DNA of 32,000 nucleotides from Prochlorococcus marinus subsp. pastoris str. CCMP1986. GTDB lineage: Bacteria > Cyanobacteriota > Cyanobacteriia > PCC-6307 > Cyanobiaceae. The position numbers and the translations under genes were made by a program. Location of the stretch: NCBI RefSeq assembly GCF_000011465.1, contig NC_005072.1, positions 1,260,001 to 1,292,000 on the forward strand. The letters are read 5' to 3'. Positions within the stretch are counted from its first letter, which is position 1. Each line of letters begins with the position of its first letter. A model generated the notes under the pieces. It worked only from the letters and a program-made list of their open reading frames with translations. It made no database searches and was not told the origin of the DNA. Positions 21,470-30,575 of the stretch are shown here, in pieces.

Positions 21470-22081
21470 TTGGAAAACTCTAATTTAGATAATATTTCAA
21501 AGAAAAATAAGCAATTTGAGTTATTTAGTTCCGCATTAGATACCTCAAGTAATCTGCCTTTCTCAAATAATCTTAAAGTTAGAAGTAAAACCTTAATGGA
21601 TTGGCGAAATAGAATTTCTGATTATCAATCTAAAATTGTGGAAGATAACCAAAATGACATTTTTCAACATTCGATTATTCCAGAGAACGATACTATTTAT
21701 CATGAAAGAATTCACCCCTTTTCATTACAAGGATTATCGTTAAATTTTTGGAGAACAAATCAATTCGTACATAATGGTCCAGCTATGTATTTTGTAATTG
21801 ATACGATAGGTAGCTCTCAAATAATTCTCTATATAGGGGAAACTAATTCAGCTAATAAAAGATGGAAAGGTGAGCATGACTGCAAAAATTACCTTAGTAA
21901 CTATAAAGAAGCGCTAACATATAACAATCTAACTAATCAGTTAGATATACGTTTTTTTTTAGATGTCCCCAAAGAAGCCAAATCAAGACGTAGATTAGAA
22001 CAGAAACTAATATATTTATGGATGCCACCATTTAATAAAGAAACTAGAAATAGATGGTCAACTACTTTTACAAACAATTAA
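21470..22081 (+). CDS. GIY-YIG-like domain protein, unknown role
   Basis: AMYFVIDTIGSSQIILYIGETNSANKRWKGEHDCKNYL and downstream Glu in RRLEQKLIYLWMPPFN. TTG start. Confidence 0.72.
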   Translation: MENSNLDNISKKNKQFELFSSALDTSSNLPFSNNLKVRSKTLMDWRNRISDYQSKIVEDNQNDIFQHSIIPENDTIYHERIHPFSLQGLSLNFWRTNQFVHNGPAMYFVIDTIGSSQIILYIGETNSANKRWKGEHDCKNYLSNYKEALTYNNLTNQLDIRFFLDVPKEAKSRRRLEQKLIYLWMPPFNKETRNRWSTTFTNN

Positions 22082-22103
22082 AATTAATTAAATCTTTATC
22101 AAA

Positions 22104-23579
22104 ATGCAATTTTCAACTTTCCAACAAGATCTTAATACTTGGCAAGGTTCTTCATTAATATTTGGAATTGTTGAGGAGGATCTTAAGAATCAATTACAAA
22201 AAATTAATTTCATTATTGATTCAAAGCTATTACTAGAAAAAATAAATCAAAAAAAGTTCAACGGAGAAAAAGGTAAGATATTAAACTTTGATTTTTTTGA
22301 TCAAAGGTTGCAAACTCTGAAGATTATCGGTCTTGGAGAAAGCAAAAATATAAACAGTAATGATATTAAAAATTCTCTAGCAGATGTTATAAGAAAAAGT
22401 TCTGATAAAGAAGAAAAAATTAGTATCTTGTTTCCTTGGGAATTAATAAATTCTCCAGAAGAAATTCAATCTTTTGGAGAATCAGCAAGATTATCAGCCT
22501 ACAAAGATAATCGATTCAATAGCAAAAGAGATGATAAAAAAGTTCTTAACGAAATAGAATTTTTAAATTTAAATAAATTTAAAAATATAAACTTCAATGA
22601 AACCGAATATATTTGTGAAGGCGTTGAGCTAGCAAGGAGGCTTGTAGCTGCTCCCCCAAATAGTCTTACTCCGCTAGAGATGTCTATACAAGCCTCAAAG
22701 ATAGCTAAAGACCATGGTTTAGAAATTAAAATCCTTGAAAAAAATGAATGTGAAGATTTAGGTATGGGTGCATATTTAGCAGTAGCCAAAGGTTCTGATT
22801 TAGAACCTAAATTTATACATTTAACTTTAAAATCGACAAGTCCTGTAAAAGAAAAGATTGCATTAGTTGGTAAAGGTTTAACCTTTGATTCAGGAGGATA
22901 TAACCTAAAAGTTGGAGCTTCCCAAATTGAAATGATGAAATATGACATGGGAGGTAGCGCGGCAGTTCTTGGTGCCGCCAAAGCACTCGGAGCTATAAAA
23001 CCAGATGGATTAGAAATACACTTTATCGTGGCAGCTTGTGAGAATATGATAAATGGATCAGCTGTACATCCTGGAGATGTTATAAAAGCTTCAAATGGCA
23101 AGACAATTGAAATTAATAATACTGATGCTGAGGGTAGACTTACATTGGCTGATGCATTAACTTACGCATCAAATCTAAAACCTGATTCAATTATTGATCT
23201 TGCTACATTGACTGGTGCAATTGTTGTTGCACTAGGAAATGATGTGGCCGGTTTTTGGACCAATAACAATATGATGGCAAGTGACTTAAAAACAGCATCA
23301 TCCCAAGCTGGAGAGGAATTATGGCAAATGCCTTTACAAAAATCTTATAAAGATGGTCTTAAGTCTCACATTGCCGACATGAAAAATACTGGCCCAAGGG
23401 CTGGTGGATCCATAACAGCTGCATTATTTTTAGAGGAATTTTTTGATAAAAATATAAAGTGGGCTCATATTGACATCGCTGGAACTTGTTGGACTGACAA
23501 AAATAGAGGTATTCATCCATCAGGAGCTACAGGATATGGAGTTAAAACTTTAGTCCAATGGATTAAAAATAAAAGATGA
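22104..23579 (+). CDS. pepA: Leucyl aminopeptidase (M17)
   Basis: [48 protein letters not shown]. Confidence 0.97.
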   Translation: MQFSTFQQDLNTWQGSSLIFGIVEEDLKNQLQKINFIIDSKLLLEKINQKKFNGEKGKILNFDFFDQRLQTLKIIGLGESKNINSNDIKNSLADVIRKSSDKEEKISILFPWELINSPEEIQSFGESARLSAYKDNRFNSKRDDKKVLNEIEFLNLNKFKNINFNETEYICEGVELARRLVAAPPNSLTPLEMSIQASKIAKDHGLEIKILEKNECEDLGMGAYLAVAKGSDLEPKFIHLTLKSTSPVKEKIALVGKGLTFDSGGYNLKVGASQIEMMKYDMGGSAAVLGAAKALGAIKPDGLEIHFIVAACENMINGSAVHPGDVIKASNGKTIEINNTDAEGRLTLADALTYASNLKPDSIIDLATLTGAIVVALGNDVAGFWTNNNMMASDLKTASSQAGEELWQMPLQKSYKDGLKSHIADMKNTGPRAGGSITAALFLEEFFDKNIKWAHIDIAGTCWTDKNRGIHPSGATGYGVKTLVQWIKNKR

Positions 23580-23591
23580 GATGAAAAATAA

Positions 23592-24194
23592 TTATTCAGA
23601 CCAAACATTAATTGATCTAGCATTTTCTTTCCATAATTTGTCCAATTGCTGATCTCTTCCACAAGAGAATCTATAGAATTTATATTTTAATTCATTTCTA
23701 TTAGCAAAATCCTGATGATATGCTTCCGCTTCCCAGAACTGACTTTTTGGTTTTAGTTCAACATTAATTTTTTCTAAATTAACCCCTAATTCCTTTGAAG
23801 CAGAAAGGAGAGATTTTCTAGCTTCATTCTTTTCGTCTGAATTTTCAAAAAAGATTACTGGCCTATAAGAATCTCCTCTGTCACAAAATTGGCCACCTCC
23901 ATCAAGTGGATCAATATTTCTAAAATATAACCTGTATATTTCTGATAAAGTTACTACTTCTGAATCATAATTTACTAAAACCACTTCTTGATGACCATTA
24001 TGATTTTCATATGTAGGTTTTTGCAAATCCCCTCCAGAGTATCCACTTATTACTGAAGTTATACCTCTTAATGATTCTAAATCATGTTCTAAACACCAAA
24101 AACATCCTCCGGCTAGTACTACATCTTCAGCGAAAGTATTTATAGGATTTACGAGTATTGAAAATACAATAATTAATGAGAAAAGATACTTCAT
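23592..24194 (-). CDS. msrA: Peptide methionine sulfoxide reductase MsrA with N-terminal signal peptide
   Basis: GGCFWCLEHDL catalytic motif, YRPVIFF, EAYHQDF; N-terminus MKYLFSLIIVFSILVNPINTFAED resembles a Sec signal. Confidence 0.93.
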   Translation of the reverse strand: MKYLFSLIIVFSILVNPINTFAEDVVLAGGCFWCLEHDLESLRGITSVISGYSGGDLQKPTYENHNGHQEVVLVNYDSEVVTLSEIYRLYFRNIDPLDGGGQFCDRGDSYRPVIFFENSDEKNEARKSLLSASKELGVNLEKINVELKPKSQFWEAEAYHQDFANRNELKYKFYRFSCGRDQQLDKLWKENARSINVWSE

Positions 24195-24210
24195 TTTTTA
24201 ATTATAAACA

Positions 24211-25389
24211 TCAAATTAAAGAATTTATAATTTCTTCCGCTGCTCTTTTTACTACACCTTCTTGACCTAACTCTTTTTTTAAATCCGCATAACCTTTTGA
24301 AATTTTTTCTTTTTCTGATTTGCGATCTAATATTTTACAGGCCTTATCATATATTTTTTTTACCTCAAAATCTTTTTGAACGAATTCAGGAATAATTCTT
24401 TTTTTTACTAGTAAATTAACTGGAGAAATAAATTTAACTTTAAAATTGAGAATTTTTTTTGCAATAAAAGCTGTAACTCTACTTACTCTATATCCAACGA
24501 TTTGAGGTAACCCATATAAAGCTAATTCCATATTTACCGTTCCTGATTTACATAGGGCTAATTTAGTTAAAGAATAAATATGAGTTTTTAATTCTTCGAT
24601 ATCTGTTTGAGATATAACTTTACCTTTAACTTTAAAATGATCTAAAGCTAATTTAAATTTAGAATCAAAAACTTCTCTACAAGATGGTATATAAACAATA
24701 AGACTTGGATATTTTTGTTGTAATTTTCTTGCTACTTGCATAAAAACAGGTAACACATATCTTAATTCTTGAGGTCTTGATGCTGGCATTATTAACAAGA
24801 TGTTTTCATTTGCTCTAAGCTTAAGGATTTTTCTAGAATCTTTTTTGGTAGGAATTTTTTTTATCAAATCGATCATTGGATGTCCAATCCATAAAACATT
24901 TCCACCTCGTCTTTTATAAAAATTTGCTTCTTGTTTAAAAATTGCAAAAATCCTGTCCGAAAAACTTATCAAGTCTGTAGTCGAATTATTACCAACTCGC
25001 CAAGCCCACTCTTGAGGGGCGATATAATAGTAAATTGGGATTTTATTCTTCTCACTTTTTAATTTTCTTCCAATTTTAATATTAGGACCCATATAGTCTA
25101 TTAAGACTAAGCAATTCGGTGATAAATTTTTAAGTGATTTATAAAATTTTTTTTGTATTTGAATTGTTGGGATAATGAGTGGCAAAGCCTCCCAAACACC
25201 TATGGCACTTATAGAAGTAGTATCTTGCAAAATTTTTACACCCTCTTTTCGCATTCTTTCTCCACCCAAACCACATATTTCTAAATCAATCGAACGTTTT
25301 TCAGCTTCATTAAATAATGCATTAGCTAATAAACCTCCATGTAAATCTCCTGAAACTTCTCCGGTGCTTATGAATATCTTTCTATTCAT
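24211..25389 (-). CDS. lpxB: Lipid-A-disaccharide synthase
   Basis: IFISTGEVSGDLHGGLLANAL, GIGGERM-type GLGGERMRKEGV, YYIAPQEWAWR, CKSGTVNMELALYGLPQIVGY. Confidence 0.93.
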   Translation of the reverse strand: MNRKIFISTGEVSGDLHGGLLANALFNEAEKRSIDLEICGLGGERMRKEGVKILQDTTSISAIGVWEALPLIIPTIQIQKKFYKSLKNLSPNCLVLIDYMGPNIKIGRKLKSEKNKIPIYYYIAPQEWAWRVGNNSTTDLISFSDRIFAIFKQEANFYKRRGGNVLWIGHPMIDLIKKIPTKKDSRKILKLRANENILLIMPASRPQELRYVLPVFMQVARKLQQKYPSLIVYIPSCREVFDSKFKLALDHFKVKGKVISQTDIEELKTHIYSLTKLALCKSGTVNMELALYGLPQIVGYRVSRVTAFIAKKILNFKVKFISPVNLLVKKRIIPEFVQKDFEVKKIYDKACKILDRKSEKEKISKGYADLKKELGQEGVVKRAAEEIINSLI

Positions 25390-26216
25390 AAATTAATTGA
25401 AGGCATTGGTCCTCTTCTTTTATTAGATATTGAATCTTTTAAAAAATTACATAATTTGCTAGATGAAAAGTCTAATTTTTCTTTCATCGCTATTTCCAAT
25501 GAAATAGATATTACACCATTAGATTTAAATAATAAATTCCAGGTATTTTGTAATAATTTCAAATCAAAATCTTTATTTTTCATCAACCCACTTCTTTTAA
25601 TTCCTACCCTATTTAAGCCTCTCAATCTACCAGGATGACCCTCAGCCAAGCAAAAAGGAGGTACATCTCTATCTACTCTAGTCATTCCACCTATCATTGC
25701 CAGATATCCTACATGTACAAATTGATGGATACCTAAACACCCTCCAATAATTGCATTATCTTCAACTGTTACATGACCAGCAACCTGGACACTATTTGAC
25801 AAAACAATTCCATTACCAATTTCACAATTATGACCAATATGTGTATAAGCCATTAATAAATTATTATTCCCAATAATCGTTTTTTCTCCTTCATCAGTTG
25901 CCTTATTAATAGTTACACATTCTCTAAAAGTATTATTATCCCCAATAATCACCTCTGTAGATGCACCCTTATATTTAAGGTCTTGAGGTTCAAGTCCAAT
26001 GAAAACATTTGGAAAAACTTTATTATTTTTACCTATTTTTGTTTTCCCTTCAATAACAGCATTAGGGCCTATTTGAGTACCTGAATCTATTACGACTTTT
26101 GGCCCGATAATAGCTCCACTAGCAATAGAAACTCCATCATGTAACTCTGCACTTGAATCAACCAATGCATTTGGATGAACTATTGCACCTTTAAAATTAG
26201 TATTTTTAATCTCCAT
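25386..26216 (-). CDS. lpxA: UDP-N-acetylglucosamine acyltransferase
   Basis: Hexapeptide-repeat beta helix; IHPNALVDSSAEL, IGLEPQDLKYKG, NNNLLMAYTHIGHNCEIGNGIVLSNSVQVAGHV. Start probably MEIKNTNF at 26216 instead of 26228. Confidence 0.93.
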   Translation of the reverse strand: MEIKNTNFKGAIVHPNALVDSSAELHDGVSIASGAIIGPKVVIDSGTQIGPNAVIEGKTKIGKNNKVFPNVFIGLEPQDLKYKGASTEVIIGDNNTFRECVTINKATDEGEKTIIGNNNLLMAYTHIGHNCEIGNGIVLSNSVQVAGHVTVEDNAIIGGCLGIHQFVHVGYLAMIGGMTRVDRDVPPFCLAEGHPGRLRGLNRVGIKRSGLMKNKDFDLKLLQNTWNLLFKSNGVISISLEIAMKEKLDFSSSKLCNFLKDSISNKRRGPMPSINL

Positions 26217-26220
26217 GTTT

Positions 26221-26679
26221 TTAATCAACTAATGAAAACATTAATTCGCCTGAGCAAACCAACTTCCCATCAACATGAGCTTCACCTTTTACCTTCCCAA
26301 ATCTTTGTCTCTTTATACTTAATAACTCGCAAGTAATTACTAACTGGTCTCCAGGTACTACTGGCCTTCTAAATTTGACATTATTAATACCTGCAAATAC
26401 AAAAAGTCCTTTGGGAAGGTCAGGCATTTGAGTTACGATTATTCCCCCTACTTGAGCCATTGCTTCAACAATAAGCACCCCAGGCATTAAAGGTCTCTCT
26501 GGGAAATGGCCCTGAAATTGAGGCTCATTTATAGTCACATTTTTCAATGCAACAGCTTTTTTGCCTGGGACATGTTCTATAACTCTATCTATAAGAGCGA
26601 AAGGAAATCTATGAGGCAAAAGACCTAATATTTCCTCAGAAGATAGTTGATTATTTTCAGTCGATAATTGTTGTTCCAA
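26221..26679 (-). CDS. fabZ: 3-hydroxyacyl-ACP dehydratase FabZ
   Basis: [45 protein letters not shown]. Confidence 0.95.
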   Translation of the reverse strand: MEQQLSTENNQLSSEEILGLLPHRFPFALIDRVIEHVPGKKAVALKNVTINEPQFQGHFPERPLMPGVLIVEAMAQVGGIIVTQMPDLPKGLFVFAGINNVKFRRPVVPGDQLVITCELLSIKRQRFGKVKGEAHVDGKLVCSGELMFSLVD

Positions 26680-26696
26680 AACTTAAGAAAATAAAG

Positions 26697-27533
26697 TTAA
26701 TTTTTTAGTGATGAGGCTAATAAAGCATTCAAAGAATGTGATCCTTTATAGACTAAAATTTGAGCCTTAGGTAACCCTACCAAAGCCAAGTCCCCAATAA
26801 GATCTAAAATTTTATGTCTTATAGGTTCATTACTAAATCTTAGTGGAGGATTAACCCATTTATCCCCATCACATACAAGAGCATTTTCTAAACTGCCCCC
26901 TTTTATTAATCCCAATTCACTTAATTCTTGAAATTGGTCCTTAAAACCAAATGTACGAGCAGGAGCAATATTTTCCACAAAACTTTTTGGGTTTAAATCT
27001 ATTACATAAGTTTGATTTCCAATTGCTTTATAAGAAAAATTTATAGTTGAGATAATTGTAATTTTATTAGATGGAGTTAAAGCGATAACTGAACTATCTT
27101 TATTAAATATCATTGATTTATTAACCTCTCTTATAAAGTTTTTTGGTTTAGGAACTCTTTTAATACCAACCTCTTCAAATGCCTTAACCCATTGAATTGC
27201 TGATCCATCGAGTAATGGGATTTCCTTCCCATCAACTTCAATATGAATATAACTCAATCCACAACCTGCTAATGATGATAATAAGTGTTCAATAGTATAT
27301 AAATTTCTCCCCGCTAATTTGACTGCAGTACATAACATAGTGCTGCCAATTAAATTTTGATTTAACTGAAAAATATCGTCTGGCTTATCTGAGAAAGAAA
27401 CATAAAAACCCTCTTTTTCAAACGGTGAAATTTTTATTCTTGTTTTTTCACCACTATGAAGTCCTACACCCTCTTTGGTGATAACACCAGAGAGGGTGTA
27501 ACAGGAATCATAATTAGAAGGCCAAGAAAACAC
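26697..27533 (-). CDS. lpxC: UDP-3-O-acyl-N-acetylglucosamine deacetylase
   Basis: TKEGVGLHSGEKT, YTIEHLLSSLAG, PLLDGSAIQW, HKILDLIGDLAL, KGSHSLN. GTG start directly adjacent to the bamA stop. Confidence 0.95.
   Translation of the reverse strand: MFSWPSNYDSCYTLSGVITKEGVGLHSGEKTRIKISPFEKEGFYVSFSDKPDDIFQLNQNLIGSTMLCTAVKLAGRNLYTIEHLLSSLAGCGLSYIHIEVDGKEIPLLDGSAIQWVKAFEEVGIKRVPKPKNFIREVNKSMIFNKDSSVIALTPSNKITIISTINFSYKAIGNQTYVIDLNPKSFVENIAPARTFGFKDQFQELSELGLIKGGSLENALVCDGDKWVNPPLRFSNEPIRHKILDLIGDLALVGLPKAQILVYKGSHSLNALLASSLKN
27466..27499 (-). other. 34-nt stem-loop embedded in codons 12-23 of lpxC
   Basis: Minus strand ACACCCTCT-C-TGGTG-TTAT-CACCA-A-AGAGGGTGT: 9 bp + one C/A mismatch + 5 bp around a 4-nt loop. 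Confidence 0.7.
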
Positions 27534-29675
27534 TTAAAATTTCCATCCAACTCCGAGATTATATCTCCAATCACCACTTAAGTCTTTACTAGCAACATCC
27601 AATCTTAGAGGTCCAATTGGTGTCTTAATACCGACCCCTCCTCCGAGAGAATAACCAGAACCCGATTTTTCTAATAATTTACCTGGTTTACCTGGAACGT
27701 CATCTTGGGATCCTAAATCACTTCCAAAATCAGCGAATAAAGCTCCTGATATCATTCTCCAGACGGGGAAGCGGTATTCAGCAGTTGCTTCCGCAAAACT
27801 TTTACTTACAGAAAGATCACAGGAGCCCCAACCTCTTACAGAGGAAGAACCTCCCATACAAAATGCTTCATAAGGAGGTAAATCCCCAATAATTGTTCCA
27901 GCTTTAAATTCGAATCCAATAGTTTGAGGGCAATCACTATTAACAACCTCACTGGACTTACATCCTTTAGTAAGGTTTATCAATTTTGTTGGGATAAAAA
28001 ATGCATATGTTGCTCTTACTCTATTAAAGGTCGGAGAGTTATTTCCCATTGAAATAAATTGTTCACTACCAAGACTAAATTTATTTCCTGAAGTTGGATT
28101 AATTGAATTATTAAAATTATTCCTTGTGGTCGAGCCAATAAAACTAACTAGTGTATTTTCAGAAGGGCATGAACCATCTTTAGGTGAATAACCAATACAA
28201 AAAATTTCATCACCTTCAGTCGTTGGAGTTTTATCTCCATAGGGTTTTAGATTTCCATCACTATCAATCATTTTTACTTGTTTAAAATTCATCCCGGCAA
28301 GAACTCTCCATTTTGTTTCTTTAAAAGGATCACCACCGTTAAGAGGTCTTGAGAATGAGAATCCACCTCCCGTTTTTTCTAAAACTATTGATGAGAAAGT
28401 ATCATTACTCTCTGTTGTTGTATCGTCAACCGCATAAATTCTTCCGTGATTTTCACTTTTAAATTCTTGAGGATAATCTCGACTTAAAAAAACATTTGTC
28501 CTAAAAGAAGTCTTATACTTATCACCTTTTATCCAAGGGTCAGATAAAGAAAAGTTATAAGTTGTTGAGTATTCGCCAAAATTAAGGTTGATATTTGTTG
28601 ACCATGCTCTTCCTAAAGCATTAGTTTCTGACAATCCCATTTGTGCAAAGATACCAGAACCATTACTGTAACCTAAACCACCTGTTAGGGAACCTGTTCT
28701 TTGCTCACTCAAATCTAAGAAAATTAAAACTTTTCCAGGATTTTTAATATCCGGACCAAGAGAAACTTTGACATCATCAAACAGGGATGTGGCATAAAGT
28801 CTTTTTATATCGGCTTCTAATATTGTTCTATTAAATATAGAGCCTGGGATTGTCTTCAATTCTCTCTTTATGACCCAATCTTTTGTTTTACCTTTCCTAG
28901 GCTTCCCATCTACAACAGATTCTCCATCTGATCCAATAAACCTAAATTCAATATCAGAAATTATTCCTTCCTCTACATTTAAAATGATAACTCCATCACC
29001 AGATATTCTTTCAGGACCATTTATTCTTGAGAGAGAATAACCCTTTTCTGTGTACCATTTTTTAATCAAATTTATTCTATTTTGAAGTTCATTTAAATTC
29101 AGAGTGGTCCCATAATACTTGGTAAAAACATTGTCCACAAATTCATTAGGAATAATTGTATTTTTCGGATTAAGTTTGACTTTTTTTAGGATTGGATTAG
29201 GTACAACGCTTACTATCAGCCTTACTCCAAGTGGACCATCTTGAGACTTAATCTTTACCCCTGAGAACCAACCACTTGCATAGATTGAATTTAAATCATT
29301 TTTTAATTTTTTATTATTAATAACGCTTCCAGGCTTGATAGTCATAGAATCATAAGCTGCTAACTCTAACTTTCTACCTTCAGGATGATTTTCCCATCCT
29401 TCAATAATTATTTCTGAAATGAGTACATTCTCTTCAGAATCTCTTTTGCCATTATCTACGATTAATACATTATTCTTTTTCGCAAAATTAAAAGCTGATA
29501 TCCGATTATTTAAATATTGATTTGTATTTTTATTATTGATTTTAATTTTTTTAAATTCTCCTTCTTTATAAAGCAAATCCCTAGCAGCTAATTCTGAATT
29601 ATTTGAAATAAAAATAAAAGAGAAATAAGCCATGCTTGTAAAGGCTTTTGTAAATTTTGAAAGATTATTTCGCAT
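27534..29675 (-). CDS. bamA: Outer membrane assembly protein BamA/Omp85
   Basis: POTRA repeats (IISEIIIEGWENHPEGRKL, IFLDLSEQRTGSLTGGLGYSNGSG), SSVRGWGSCDLSVSKSFAEATAEYRFP, LRLDVASKDLSGDWRYNLGVGWKF C-terminal Phe. Confidence 0.93.
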   Translation of the reverse strand: MRNNLSKFTKAFTSMAYFSFIFISNNSELAARDLLYKEGEFKKIKINNKNTNQYLNNRISAFNFAKKNNVLIVDNGKRDSEENVLISEIIIEGWENHPEGRKLELAAYDSMTIKPGSVINNKKLKNDLNSIYASGWFSGVKIKSQDGPLGVRLIVSVVPNPILKKVKLNPKNTIIPNEFVDNVFTKYYGTTLNLNELQNRINLIKKWYTEKGYSLSRINGPERISGDGVIILNVEEGIISDIEFRFIGSDGESVVDGKPRKGKTKDWVIKRELKTIPGSIFNRTILEADIKRLYATSLFDDVKVSLGPDIKNPGKVLIFLDLSEQRTGSLTGGLGYSNGSGIFAQMGLSETNALGRAWSTNINLNFGEYSTTYNFSLSDPWIKGDKYKTSFRTNVFLSRDYPQEFKSENHGRIYAVDDTTTESNDTFSSIVLEKTGGGFSFSRPLNGGDPFKETKWRVLAGMNFKQVKMIDSDGNLKPYGDKTPTTEGDEIFCIGYSPKDGSCPSENTLVSFIGSTTRNNFNNSINPTSGNKFSLGSEQFISMGNNSPTFNRVRATYAFFIPTKLINLTKGCKSSEVVNSDCPQTIGFEFKAGTIIGDLPPYEAFCMGGSSSVRGWGSCDLSVSKSFAEATAEYRFPVWRMISGALFADFGSDLGSQDDVPGKPGKLLEKSGSGYSLGGGVGIKTPIGPLRLDVASKDLSGDWRYNLGVGWKF

Positions 29676-29713
29676 AATATTTTAAAGACTAGATAGATTA
29701 AAAGTCGTTTGAA

Positions 29714-30442
29714 TTAAATAAAATTGTTTATTCTTTTATTAATTTCACTATAGGCTTCAATAAAGCCACCTAAATCATTTCTAAATCTATCTTTATCAAG
29801 GCTTACTATCATACCATTTTTTTGATTCAGATCCCATAATCGGCAATTATCAGGACTGATCTCATCACCTAAAACAATTTGCCCGTTAGAGTTATAGCCA
29901 AACTCTAATTTAAAATCCACAAGATCTAATTTGATATTGTAGAAGAATTTTTTGAGAAGTTTGTTAATCTTTAATGTCATATTACTTATAAAGTCTAGTT
30001 CCTCTTCATCAACTATCTTCAATAAATTAATTCTATCTTTTGTTAAAAGAGGATCATTAAGAGTATCATTTTTAAGATAAAAATCAATCAAGGGGCTTTC
30101 CAAAACTGTTCCTGGCTTGATTGTAGTCTGTTTACACAGAGATCCATATGCGGTATTTCTAAGAACAACTTCAAGGGGGATGATTTTTATTTTTTGAGCA
30201 ATCATTGAATTATTATTTTTGAGTCCAATGTAATGCGTTGGTATGTTGTTTTTTATAAGAAACTCAAATATTTTTGAACTTATAAGACAATTCAATTCCC
30301 CTTTGCCCTCAAACTTAGCTTTCTTCAATGCATTAAAAGCAGTTGCATCATCTTTGAATTCAATTATTACTTTATCTGAATCCTCATAAGCAAATATTTT
30401 TTTTGCTTTACCTTCATAAATAAACTTTAATTTACTATTCAT
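29714..30442 (-). CDS. purC: Phosphoribosylaminoimidazole-succinocarboxamide synthase
   Basis: FIYEGKAKKIFAYEDSDKVIIEFKDDATAFN, PLEVVLRNTAYGSLCK, LVDFKLEFGYNSNGQIVLGDEISPDNCRLWD. Confidence 0.96.
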   Translation of the reverse strand: MNSKLKFIYEGKAKKIFAYEDSDKVIIEFKDDATAFNALKKAKFEGKGELNCLISSKIFEFLIKNNIPTHYIGLKNNNSMIAQKIKIIPLEVVLRNTAYGSLCKQTTIKPGTVLESPLIDFYLKNDTLNDPLLTKDRINLLKIVDEEELDFISNMTLKINKLLKKFFYNIKLDLVDFKLEFGYNSNGQIVLGDEISPDNCRLWDLNQKNGMIVSLDKDRFRNDLGGFIEAYSEINKRINNFI

Positions 30443-30575
30443 TAAAAACCCCTTTGAGAACTAAAAATAGAATATAATTTAATTATTAGCTAGTAATAGA
30501 AATGTTTAATAGACTAAAAGATCTATTTTTAATTGAAATACATTTCAAACCCTATTATATATAAAGACCCTCTTC

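Noticed and set aside
22499-23101. 200-aa minus-strand ORF antisense to pepA
   Set aside because: It lies entirely inside a strongly supported pepA frame, matches no recognisable domain, and its Ser/Pro/Leu-rich composition is typical of a shadow frame.
25175-25638. Plus-strand ORFs at 25175-25396 and 25456-25638 inside lpxB/lpxA
   Set aside because: Antisense to lpxB and lpxA with no independent support.
30534-30547. tgaaatacatttca inverted repeat in the purC/purD divergent spacer
   Set aside because: Only 6 bp arms in AT-rich DNA; could be an operator but is not distinguishable from chance here.
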